A DNA stretch of 35,122 nt, from IMG/VR virus record IMGVR_UViG_3300020118_000126, positions 1 through 35,122 of that record; one strand, given 5' to 3'. Positions 26,193 through 33,980 of this stretch are shown here, in pieces. The DNA comes from a virus (lineage: Duplodnaviria > Caudoviricetes). Positions within the stretch are counted from its first letter, which is position 1. Every line of letters begins with the position of its first letter. Made by a program: the position numbers and the translations under genes. Under the pieces are notes generated by a model that was given only the letters and a program-made list of their open reading frames with translations, did no database searches and was not told the origin of the DNA.

Positions 26193-27187
26193 GCTGCGGC
26201 ACCCATACAGCCGCAGCCGCTCTCGCCCGCGGCGTATTCGAACGTCGCTCCCGGCATGGCGCGTAGCTGCTGCGCGAAGGCGTCGAGCGTCAGGGGCTTC
26301 TTGCCATCGCCGCCGCGGCGGTCGCTTAGCATGGACACGTTGCCACCCAGGTAGGCGATAAGCTTGCGCTCCATCATGGCGTCGTAGGAAAACCGATCGG
26401 GCTGGACGCGGTAGCGGTTCGCCCAGTGCGCCTGCCCGGCGCGGACGCACATGCCGCCACAGTTGCTGTGCCGATAGCCGAGCCCGTATAGGCGCGGGGA
26501 GCGCAGACCAAACGTCTCGATCGGCGACATCAACAGTTCGAGGAATTCGGTGCCGCCGAGGTTCACCGCGATCTCCGCATCGATCAGCGGCGCGTGGTAG
26601 ATCCAACCGTCGAGCAGGTTGCGCGGGCCAATGCCCCCGCCGGCGCCGTCGTCGAACCGATGCCGCTCATCGAACCCGATGCCGACGGCGAAATGATCAG
26701 GCGCGCCGAACAGTTCGCTAACACGGTGACAGTTTCCGATGCGCCATGCGTCCGCTGCCTCGCGCTTCGCGATGCGTGAGCAGAGGTCGACCTGGTTGTT
26801 GCCGAGGAACTTGCGGTCCCGGAAAATTTCCCATGGGTCGCGCCCTTCCACGAGCCATATCAGTTCGGGAATGGCCTCCATGGCGCGCGCGCGAAGGTCT
26901 GCAAGGCAGGCACGCCATTCGGCGTTTCCCCGATACTCCTCGATCGGCACGTCGGCGCTGACGCGATAATCCGGGAAATCGTCCGGGGAGACCGACCAAT
27001 TCAGCTGGCGCCCGAATACGTCCGCAGCGCCTTCGACGAGGAAGCGGTAGTTGTCCGCATCCTCATAGAGCGTGTCGGTGAAGACGAGGTAGAACTCAGC
27101 GTCAGGGTGGCGGGCGCGATCGATCTTTGCTGCGCGCCACGAGCCCTCGCCGCTGCTGAACATGACGTAGCGACGGCCGTCCGTCAT
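26189..27187 (-). CDS. PAPS-reductase-like (PP-loop/adenine nucleotide alpha-hydrolase) protein
   Basis: YVMFSSGEGS, FTDTLYED.D.YRFL, CSRIAK, PRLYGLGYRHSNCGGMCVRAG, C-terminal CGC. Confidence 0.75.
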   Translation of the reverse strand: MTDGRRYVMFSSGEGSWRAAKIDRARHPDAEFYLVFTDTLYEDADNYRFLVEGAADVFGRQLNWSVSPDDFPDYRVSADVPIEEYRGNAEWRACLADLRARAMEAIPELIWLVEGRDPWEIFRDRKFLGNNQVDLCSRIAKREAADAWRIGNCHRVSELFGAPDHFAVGIGFDERHRFDDGAGGGIGPRNLLDGWIYHAPLIDAEIAVNLGGTEFLELLMSPIETFGLRSPRLYGLGYRHSNCGGMCVRAGQAHWANRYRVQPDRFSYDAMMERKLIAYLGGNVSMLSDRRGGDGKKPLTLDAFAQQLRAMPGATFEYAAGESGCGCMGAAA

Positions 27188-27381
27188 TCTCCCTCCTCGT
27201 CATGCACCACCGCCAGATGGCGAGGCATGTCCTCAGGGAGGATGGAGAGGGTACAGTGCTCGCATGGAATCCGACGGGCGTTCTCGGCTTCAAGGCGCGA
27301 CAGCTTCGACCGAAAGGCATCTGCTTTCACGCCGCCAAAGTTGAGCCCGTTGCCGAACGGGTTGACGTTCTCGCCGCTCAT
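27184..27381 (-). CDS. 65-aa protein with C2H2-type zinc finger
   Basis: CEHC-x11-H-x4-H; ATGA coupling at both ends. Confidence 0.65.
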   Translation of the reverse strand: MSGENVNPFGNGLNFGGVKADAFRSKLSRLEAENARRIPCEHCTLSILPEDMPRHLAVVHDEEGE

Positions 27382-28187
27382 GCCCTGCACCCATGGACGA
27401 AAAGCGCAACGCCATGCTCTCGCGCGCGGTCGGCCATGTGATCCGTTAGGCCGCGCTCCATCATCTCAGCCGCGAACTGAAGCACGGGAACGCCAGCTCG
27501 CGCCGCAGCAGATGCGACCTTGGCCGGTATGCGCGGCCGTTCGGATGTTCCCTCCACGATGCGCCGGACATAGGTGCCAGTCGCGATGTCGAGCGCGCGC
27601 GCCTCTGCCTCCATCCGGTCAAACAGTTCGCCTGTCAGCCAGAACGATACCTGGCGATGACGAGTGGGGACGCGGCGATGAGGGACGGCGCGCCTTGGTG
27701 ATGTGGGCAAACGTTCCATGTGAACCTCTGGCGCTCGGGTCAGGTCGAGTTCGGCCATGACGGGGTGAGGTGCCGGCGCCTCGACGGGAGCCGGGGCTAC
27801 CGGCGCAACCAAAACCGATTTCGCGGGCGTTTTGACAACCGGCTTTGGCGCCACAGCCGCTTTCCCGCGCTCTACCGCTGCCTTGATCTTCGCCAGACCG
27901 TCGGTGATGACCTCATCCTCTGAGGGCTTGGGCTTCGTGACCGAGCGGATCGGGCGCGGGGCTGGGGTGGGGAGCGCCTTCTGGCGACCAAGAGAGATGA
28001 CGCGGTCGGCGCCAGCACCCCTGATCGTGATGTCGCCGCGATCGGCTAGGTCGGCGAGCAACTTCCGCGACGACGCTACATCGCCGAGGCCACAATAAGC
28101 GGCAATCTCGGAATCGGGCAGGAACAATGGCCCGCGCGCCGTGATCAGTTCAAGCGCATAGGTGTAGACGATGCGGGGGAAGGTCAC
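27378..28187 (-). CDS. Hypothetical DNA-binding protein (wHTH, Pro-rich linker, RHH-like domain)
   Basis: DSEIAAYCGL...RKLLADLADRGDI; RQVSFWLTGELFDRMEAEARALDIATGTYVRRIVE. Confidence 0.6.
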   Translation of the reverse strand: MTFPRIVYTYALELITARGPLFLPDSEIAAYCGLGDVASSRKLLADLADRGDITIRGAGADRVISLGRQKALPTPAPRPIRSVTKPKPSEDEVITDGLAKIKAAVERGKAAVAPKPVVKTPAKSVLVAPVAPAPVEAPAPHPVMAELDLTRAPEVHMERLPTSPRRAVPHRRVPTRHRQVSFWLTGELFDRMEAEARALDIATGTYVRRIVEGTSERPRIPAKVASAAARAGVPVLQFAAEMMERGLTDHMADRAREHGVALFVHGCRA

Positions 28188-28957
28188 CGGGCGGCCTCCG
28201 TTGGCACGATCGCTTCGACTTTGTCAGCAAACGCCCGCGCTTGGCCCGCAGCCGAGGCCAGTGATGAATATGTCCCGGCGATCCCGAGTTCATGCACGAG
28301 CTTGGCCGCGCGGCCGAAACCGTCGGCATCGAACCACCGCTTATGCTCGCCATCGAACCCGCACGCCGCCATGATGCGGTCAAGCTGGTTGCGCGCTGAG
28401 CCTTCGGACTCACGGCGAACGGATAGCGCCTGGTCGACCCGCTTGGTGATCTCCGCCTCGATCGCCGCTCGCTCGCCGGACATGGCGGCATTGATGCCAT
28501 CCCTGATCGACCGCTCGGAATGTTCGTGGGCGCGGCGCAACACGGCGGCGAGAAAATGCGGGTGCCAGTTCTCGCGCGGAAGCGCTGGCGCCATCCTTGC
28601 TACGTTGAGGCCATTGCCCTTGACGATGTAGTGGCCCCAGGTCGGCGGCAATTCCCCGTCGCGGATGATGTCCGGCGGCGTAACGATCCACCAGCGATCG
28701 GTGAACCGCTGGATCGGCGCCGACTTATCGGGCTGCTTCAGTTCATTCAGCCAGTCGGATCGGCTGACCTTCACCTCGAAGCCGTGGAGTTCGCACCCGC
28801 GCGATGGCCACAGGTTCATGGCGATCGCATCGGCATAGCGTCCGCCGGCCGCGCCCGTGCCCTCGGCCACCTCGTAGAAGGTCGCCCATTCGGGAGCGCA
28901 GAATTTCCGCTTTATCGCAGCCTTCACATCCGCGGCAGTGATGCGCCCGCCGGTCAC
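28184..28957 (-). CDS. MmcB-like PD-(D/E)xK nuclease-fold protein
   Basis: YEV...RYADAIAM...HGFEVKVSRSDWLNEL..P.K; GTG 28957 in a GTGA overlap. Confidence 0.75.
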   Translation of the reverse strand: MTGGRITAADVKAAIKRKFCAPEWATFYEVAEGTGAAGGRYADAIAMNLWPSRGCELHGFEVKVSRSDWLNELKQPDKSAPIQRFTDRWWIVTPPDIIRDGELPPTWGHYIVKGNGLNVARMAPALPRENWHPHFLAAVLRRAHEHSERSIRDGINAAMSGERAAIEAEITKRVDQALSVRRESEGSARNQLDRIMAACGFDGEHKRWFDADGFGRAAKLVHELGIAGTYSSLASAAGQARAFADKVEAIVPTEAAR

Positions 28958-29292
28958 CGTGCGGCCTCGGCAATGCGCGCCGGCTTGGCAGCAACTTCTG
29001 CCAGCATTGCGACGAAAGGCCCGCGGTCGCCGATCGCCGTCAGCGCAAGCGGGCGGATCAAGTCCTTCCAGATCGCGTCTAGCGCAGCAGCGTCGACCGG
29101 CTCGTTCTGGCCGGCCAATAGGACGCCGGTGACCTGGGCCATGGCCATGGACGCGCCAGTGACGGCCGCCATCACGCACGCGCCCTGGCTGTCGCAGAGC
29201 TTGAAGGCGCGATGCATCAGCGCGGCGACGTCCTCCCCGCACTTGCGAGCAAGGTCATCCGCAATGGTGTTGGCGAGGGTTGGGGTAGCCAT
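28954..29292 (-). CDS. Hypothetical protein (~112 aa)
   Basis: TGATG and GTGA coupling. Confidence 0.65.
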   Translation of the reverse strand: MATPTLANTIADDLARKCGEDVAALMHRAFKLCDSQGACVMAAVTGASMAMAQVTGVLLAGQNEPVDAAALDAIWKDLIRPLALTAIGDRGPFVAMLAEVAAKPARIAEAAR

Positions 29293-29891
29293 CACGCGTG
29301 CGCCATCTCAAGCCGGGCGGCGGCGCCCGCCTCGGGCAGCACTTCTCGCGCGCCGATATGGTTCGGCTTCGAAATCAGCCCCTCGCGCTCCATGCGCTCG
29401 ACTAGCCGGGCGGCGCTGTTGTAGCCCACGCGCAACTGGCGCTGCAGCCACGACGTCGAGGCCTTGCAATGCTCGGCGACGAGCTTGACCGCGCTATCGT
29501 AGAGCGCCTGGTCGTCGACGGGCGGCGCCTCGCGATCGGCAGCATGCCGGATTTCCGCCGTGACGCCGGGCCCGAGCGCGCCGGCGTTCACGGCGTCGAC
29601 CGTCCGCTCCATGGCGCGGCGCACGGTACTTTCGCCGAGTGGGGTCGAGGAATAGTCGAGCCCAAGCGCGGCCTTGTACGTGTCGAGCAACATCTCGGCT
29701 TCGTCGCGGTGATGCTTCTCCATTTTGCGCAGCTTCACGCACGTGCGCATCGTTTTGATATCGTAGCCATTTGCCTTTGCCTCGGCGTAGACTTCGCGGA
29801 TATCGGCCGCGATCGCGTCACGCTCCTCGGACAAGCGTTCGATCCGCTCGATGAAAAGCCTGAGGGTGTCCGCCGCAATGCTCTCGCTCAT
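29292..29891 (-). CDS. GapR/DUF2312 domain fused to FtsK gamma domain (199 aa)
   Basis: N-part LRLFIERIERLSEER..IAADIREVYAEAKANGYD.K..R..VKLRK; C-part LYDSAVKLV....KASTSWLQRQLRVGYNSAARLVERMEREGLISKPNHIGAREVL. Start ATG 29891. Confidence 0.9.
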   Translation of the reverse strand: MSESIAADTLRLFIERIERLSEERDAIAADIREVYAEAKANGYDIKTMRTCVKLRKMEKHHRDEAEMLLDTYKAALGLDYSSTPLGESTVRRAMERTVDAVNAGALGPGVTAEIRHAADREAPPVDDQALYDSAVKLVAEHCKASTSWLQRQLRVGYNSAARLVERMEREGLISKPNHIGAREVLPEAGAAARLEMAHA

Positions 29892-30058
29892 CTTCTCAAT
29901 CCTTCCATGTGATGCTGAAATCGGGTTTCTGCTGCCTTGCGGGCAGCGGCTTGGCGCTTTGCTCGGCCGCGACGGCGGGCGGCGAGGGTGATCTCCATCT
30001 CCCGAGCCAAGCGGCGCCGCTCGATCTGTTTGTGGAACCAGGCGATGAGGCGCTTCAT
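29888..30058 (-). CDS. 56-aa basic hypothetical protein (not in ORF track)
   Basis: MKRLIAWFHKQIERRRLAREMEITLAARRRGRAKRQAAARKAAETRFQHHMEGLRR*; ATGA overlaps at both ends. Confidence 0.65.
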   Translation of the reverse strand: MKRLIAWFHKQIERRRLAREMEITLAARRRGRAKRQAAARKAAETRFQHHMEGLRR

Positions 30059-30684
30059 GCGGCCGCCTCCGGATAGTCGCCGACGCGCTCAAGCTTCTTC
30101 CGGCATGGTCCGATCCAGTGCAGCCGGGTCTCGGTGCTGCCCATCCAGACCGGCCAGGCGTACGCCGTGGCCGTCGACCCCTCGGGAGCGAGCCGGCCCT
30201 TGTGCATGACCACGCGCTCGGTGAACTGCAGGACGTGGCTGGGCGGATTGACGTTGAACAGGCGCTCGAATCGGCCGACGCTTTCGAGGAACGCAGCACG
30301 AACGATAACGGCGCAGCCCTGCCGACTGGTCTCGGTCATGCGGGCGATGAACTGCTCGGCGAGACGGAATGGCGGGTTGGTGATCGTCCAGTCGACCGGC
30401 TCCGGCAGAGGGCCGAACAGATAGTCGTTCTGCGGATACCCGGCGCCGTAGTCGTGAATGTCAGACGCTTCGACGCTCGCGAAATACTCGCCAAGCGGCT
30501 TCGCCATGTGCCCGCGGTTCGCTGCAGGCTCTCGGCAGGTGAACAGCGCAAGCGGTTGGCTTTCGTTGCACTCGAGCCATTCGCATAGCGCTCTCGTCGC
30601 CCAGGGCGGCGTCGGGAAGTCGTCGAGCGAATCGTGCGCCTCGTGGCGCTGCTGCATCACCGCTGTGGAGCGGTTCTGGCTCAC
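30055..30684 (-). CDS. Orphan amino-DNA (m6A/m4C) methyltransferase
   Basis: DDFPTPPW, EPAANRGH (motif I variant), ITNPPF (motif IV). Confidence 0.85.
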   Translation of the reverse strand: MSQNRSTAVMQQRHEAHDSLDDFPTPPWATRALCEWLECNESQPLALFTCREPAANRGHMAKPLGEYFASVEASDIHDYGAGYPQNDYLFGPLPEPVDWTITNPPFRLAEQFIARMTETSRQGCAVIVRAAFLESVGRFERLFNVNPPSHVLQFTERVVMHKGRLAPEGSTATAYAWPVWMGSTETRLHWIGPCRKKLERVGDYPEAAA

Positions 30685-31283
30685 AGCGCAGCACTCGCAA
30701 CGCCGCCGAGCGTCATCGTCGGGTCAGGTCGACGGACCTGGACCTTGGCGACAAGGCCCGCACCAGCCGCAACGCGGGCCTGTTGCTCGGCGAATGACAT
30801 GCGCGGCGCACCGGGTGCGCGCGGCTGTGCCGCCGCCTTCCGGCGCATGTCCTCCTCGATCGACGCGCGCGCCTTGGCGGCACCGAGTGCCTTGCGCAGC
30901 CGGCGATATTCGTCCCGGCGTTCTTCCGGGCACCAGCCCATGCGACGTTCGGCATAAGCGTGTAGTGCGGCTGACGCGCCGGCCTTGCGCCTTGCCTGGG
31001 CTTCGGGGTCGGCGTCATAGGCGGCGCGGAGCCGCTTGCCCGATGCGGACAGGATCGCCTGCCAGGCAGGGTCGTCGCGGCGATCGGCGTGGCGCTGCAG
31101 CGCGATCTGGCTCTTCAACGCCCGGCCGGCCGGGCTGCGGATCGTCGCGGCGACCTTCTCGCGGTTCCGCGCGCGGTTGACCGGGTCGTTGAAGATCCTT
31201 GCGGCAGTGCATGGCCGGCACGTGCCCGACACATTCTTCGGGCCGATCGGTGCGCCGCAGGGACAGGTGCGCCGCTCCGTCAC
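30681..31283 (-). CDS. Hypothetical Arg/Ala-rich protein with N-terminal Cys4 motif
   Basis: CPCG...CRPC; GTG 31283 overlaps the upstream TGA. Confidence 0.6.
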   Translation of the reverse strand: MTERRTCPCGAPIGPKNVSGTCRPCTAARIFNDPVNRARNREKVAATIRSPAGRALKSQIALQRHADRRDDPAWQAILSASGKRLRAAYDADPEAQARRKAGASAALHAYAERRMGWCPEERRDEYRRLRKALGAAKARASIEEDMRRKAAAQPRAPGAPRMSFAEQQARVAAGAGLVAKVQVRRPDPTMTLGGVASAAL

Positions 31284-31555
31284 TTCGCCGACCGCTTCGC
31301 GTTGTTCGCGCGCCACTGTGCCGGGCGTTTGCGGCCGATCTCGGCGAGGGGCTGGAGCTCGATGATGTGGTCGAGTGCGGCGGACAGGTGCCGCATGGTC
31401 TGCAGTTGGTCGCGGGCCTCACGACGCCAGCCGTTGAGGGCGTAGGCCACCAAGGGCGCAATCGCGACCGTGGCGACCACCTCCCCGAGGATAAACAAGC
31501 CGGTGCCGTTCGTCAGGGACGCCATCGCGGCCCCGACGTTGTTAATCATGTCCAT
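31280..31555 (-). CDS. Hypothetical single-TM protein (91 aa)
   Basis: GGGGAG RBS; hydrophobic LFILGEVVATVAIAPLVAYAL. Confidence 0.6.
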   Translation of the reverse strand: MDMINNVGAAMASLTNGTGLFILGEVVATVAIAPLVAYALNGWRREARDQLQTMRHLSAALDHIIELQPLAEIGRKRPAQWRANNAKRSAK

Positions 31556-31593
31556 ATTGCACTCCCCGCCAGCTTGGGGCTGGCCTTAAAACC

Positions 31594-32079
31594 TCATTCC
31601 GCGTGTCTCGCGCTCGACAGCGGCAACATGTCGTGGATGATCTTGTCGGCCGCCTCGGCGACCATGCGCTGATCCTGATGGTTCACCCGGCCTTTGCCGC
31701 GGGCGGCGGCCTGGGCGATGATGCCGACCTCACACATGGCGTCCGCGACCAGCGCCATGGGCTGCTCGTCGACCGGCTCATCGAGGGGAATCGCCCCGCC
31801 ATATCCAACCAGCGCCAGCACGGCGTTGACCGCGCGCTCGCCGAGAACCACGGCGATCGACAGCATGTTCGACGTCGGCGGCTCGCGCGCCTCGGTCGGG
31901 TCGTTTTCCATATACGTGCGGATCGCGCGGACGGCCACGCCGCTGGCCTGGCTGATCTGCTCGACCGTCATCCGCTTCTCGACGGCGACGGTGACGCGCA
32001 GTTCGCGGCGAATGCAGTCAATCACGCGATCGCGGGCGACGATCGAAGAGCTTCCCGCTGAATCGTTGCGGCTGGTCAT
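31594..32079 (-). CDS. CII-position transcriptional regulator (HTH)
   Basis: TVEQISQASGVAVRAIRTYM HTH; downstream of cro; ATG 32079 in an ATGA overlap. Confidence 0.6.
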   Translation of the reverse strand: MTSRNDSAGSSSIVARDRVIDCIRRELRVTVAVEKRMTVEQISQASGVAVRAIRTYMENDPTEAREPPTSNMLSIAVVLGERAVNAVLALVGYGGAIPLDEPVDEQPMALVADAMCEVGIIAQAAARGKGRVNHQDQRMVAEAADKIIHDMLPLSSARHAE

Positions 32080-32270
32080 GTATTCCGATCCCCATAATGA
32101 GTAACACCAAGCCACTCGCTGTCGTCATCCGACCACGCCTCGGCCTCTTCGCGGCGCATCTGGTCGACGATGGCGCCCGCACGGGCGAGCAACCAAACGA
32201 GGACGCCGCAAAAAGCGCAGAACGCGATACCTGCGCCAATGATGGCGAGGGCGAGCGTGTGGCCGTTCAC
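32076..32270 (-). CDS. 64-aa single-TM protein
   Basis: GGAGG RBS, GTG 32270; LALAIIGAGIAFCAFCGVLVWLL. Confidence 0.6.
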   Translation of the reverse strand: MNGHTLALAIIGAGIAFCAFCGVLVWLLARAGAIVDQMRREEAEAWSDDDSEWLGVTHYGDRNT

Positions 32271-32500
32271 TGCGAGCCCTCCGCATGAGGTGCGCCGGGA
32301 CCAACCTTGGCTGGGCTGATGCTTACGCAACCCCCACCCGCCGCTTTGACACCCGAAGGCGCAGGTTGATCTTTGCCGGACATGCCGGCGCGGTCATGCC
32401 CAAGGGATTGGGCGGGGATGGGGAACACTCGCTCCATATCGCGATCGAAGGCGGCACGACGGGCGCGGATGAATGGCCAGCGGGCGTCCGAGACTATCAC
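32267..32500 (-). CDS. Hypothetical protein (77 aa)
   Basis: GTGA coupling to the next gene; no recognisable motif. Confidence 0.4.
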   Translation of the reverse strand: MIVSDARWPFIRARRAAFDRDMERVFPIPAQSLGHDRAGMSGKDQPAPSGVKAAGGGCVSISPAKVGPGAPHAEGSQ

Positions 32501-32637
32501 AGCGAAACAGCCGAAATGGATGCATCCGAAACGAGTATGCTTATCGGATCATTCAGGAAACTGATCGCTTGCGATCGCCCGCAATTAGCCCATGGTCCGG
32601 GTCCCAGCGCCGGGGGGCGCTTGATTCGGGGCGCGTT

Positions 32638-32847
32638 ATGCCGAGATATGTGGAGCGTATCCCACACATGGAATTGCGAGACGGCGTTGTTCACATCGGG
32701 GGAGATGGCGCGGATGTCGCCTTTGTCCTGCCGGTCAGTGTATTCAGGCAGGCGCACAGGCAAGCGGGCGCGGTTCTGGCCATGCACGATAGCAAGCCGT
32801 CCAATGTCGTGCCCGCGTGCCGGCTCTGTTTGCGGCCCGAGCACTAG
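32638..32847 (+). CDS. Possible 69-aa protein antisense to the cro operon
   Basis: ATG 32638 MPRYVERIPHMELRDGVVHIGGDGADVAFVLPVSVFRQAHRQAGAVLAMHD...; stop overlaps the cro stop (CTAG). Competes with - strand ORF 32497-32844. Confidence 0.4.
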   Translation: MPRYVERIPHMELRDGVVHIGGDGADVAFVLPVSVFRQAHRQAGAVLAMHDSKPSNVVPACRLCLRPEH

Positions 32848-33056
32848 GCCGCGACCTTCGCTTCGATCTGCTCCAGTGCGTCGATTTCCGCATCGGTCAG
32901 TTTGGCGATCGGCGAAGGCTTCCAGCCCATCTTACGGTAAATCTGGATTGCCAGTGCTCTCGATGGCGGGCGCTTGGTCGAGATGATCCCGTGCGCCTGC
33001 CCGCGGCTGATGCCCATTTCCGATGCCAGTTCGGTGTACGTGGGTGCTTGTTCCAT
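32844..33056 (-). CDS. Cro-like HTH protein (70 aa)
   Basis: YTELASEMGISRGQAHGII...RPPSRALAIQI; divergent from the repressor; ATG 33056. Confidence 0.85.
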   Translation of the reverse strand: MEQAPTYTELASEMGISRGQAHGIISTKRPPSRALAIQIYRKMGWKPSPIAKLTDAEIDALEQIEAKVAA

Positions 33057-33064
33057 ATCCGAAC

Positions 33065-33150
33065 GTTCGCACATCACGAACAACTTGGCAATAGCGAATG
33101 TTCGCACATACCGGGCCGACAAGCCGCGTCCGCGTTCGTACTATACGAAC
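33065..33150. promoter_or_regulatory. OR-like region: three 17-bp operators and divergent promoters
   Basis: GTTCGCACATCACGAAC 33065-33081, GTTCGCACATACCGGGC 33100-33116 (degenerate), GTTCGTACTATACGAAC 33134-33150. TTGCCA -35 on the - strand; TACTAT -10 at 33139-33144 on the + strand. Confidence 0.85.
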
Positions 33151-33486
33151 ATGGCGCGGCGCGGCATCCCCAAGGCTCAACCGGTCTGGTATCTTCCGGA
33201 ATGGATGGATGCGTGCGGCATCAAGTCGCAGGCCGAGATGGCGCGCCTGGCCGGCTGGTCGAAGGCCACCATGTCCCAGCTCTATAATCAGCAGCAGGAC
33301 ATATCGACACCGATCCTTGCGGCAGCAGCGGAAGCGCTGAAGGTAGAGCCCTTCGAGCTGCTAATGCATCCAGAGCGCGCAATGGCGATGCGCAAGTTTC
33401 GCGAGACGGCCGCGATCGTCGCCGGGGCGGCGCCCCAGGCCGAACCCAAGGCCCGCGTCGACCGCAAGAGCGGCACCCACGGCTGA
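33151..33486 (+). CDS. CI-like XRE-family repressor without S24 peptidase domain (111 aa)
   Basis: SQAEMARLAGWSKATMSQLYN...LAAAAEALKVEPFELL; flanked by operators on both sides. Confidence 0.85.
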   Translation: MARRGIPKAQPVWYLPEWMDACGIKSQAEMARLAGWSKATMSQLYNQQQDISTPILAAAAEALKVEPFELLMHPERAMAMRKFRETAAIVAGAAPQAEPKARVDRKSGTHG

Positions 33487-33521
33487 GCGCCGGCCTGGCA
33501 GAGTTGGAAATTCGATGATCT

Positions 33522-33564
33522 AAGCGTTTCGCCGCGCGCGACGATTCGCGCCTCGATGCTTTTT
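33522..33564 (+). terminator. Possible terminator after the repressor gene
   Basis: GCGCGA-CGAT-TCGCGC core with imperfect outer stem, followed by TTTTT. Confidence 0.35.
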
Positions 33565-33616
33565 GTTCGTCATGTGCGAACATTTCCTATTGCCACGGCG
33601 TTCGCGATGTGCGAAC
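33565..33616 (+). promoter_or_regulatory. OL/PL-like region: two 17-bp operators flanking a TTGCCA -35
   Basis: GTTCGTCATGTGCGAAC 33565-33581; GTTCGCGATGTGCGAAC 33600-33616. Confidence 0.85.
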
Positions 33617-33655
33617 ACGGCTCTATCGGCAGCATCGCCGATGGAGATCAACACC

Positions 33656-33979
33656 GTGGCCCACTCGCTACACCCAGACGCAATCGCCGCCCATGCCGCC
33701 AAAGAGCGCGTTTCGCTCGACGTGGCGCAGAAGCAGCTTGAATATGCAGCGCGTCCGATCCTCGCGATCTGGTGCGACAGCCATTGCTCGGTTCCGAACC
33801 GCTTTCACACGGTCGGCGAGGCGCTCGCTTTCTTCCACGGCAACTGGGCGCGCATTCGCACCCGCTGTGCGTGCGAGAAGTACAACGCATCCAATCTGCG
33901 CCAGTCGTTCATCGAAGGCCCCGGATTTCGCTGGACCGGCCGCGACGTGATGCTCACCGCTGACGTGTCGAGCTACTGA
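33656..33979 (+). CDS. Hypothetical early protein (Cys/His-containing)
   Basis: First ORF after the PL-like promoter; GGAG RBS before GTG 33656 (alternative ATG 33641). Confidence 0.6.
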   Translation: MAHSLHPDAIAAHAAKERVSLDVAQKQLEYAARPILAIWCDSHCSVPNRFHTVGEALAFFHGNWARIRTRCACEKYNASNLRQSFIEGPGFRWTGRDVMLTADVSSY

Positions 33980-33980
33980 G

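Noticed and set aside
25518-30299. Long N-terminal extensions in ORF-track calls (26606, 29242, 30299; also 14250, 12164, 3913)
   Set aside because: They overlap upstream genes in other frames; downstream starts with stop/start overlaps or RBSs fit better.
33050-33616. Alphaproteobacterial LexA boxes (GTTC-N7-GTTC)
   Set aside because: The motifs here are inverted (GTTCG-N7-CGAAC), not direct repeats, so they fit phage operators better.
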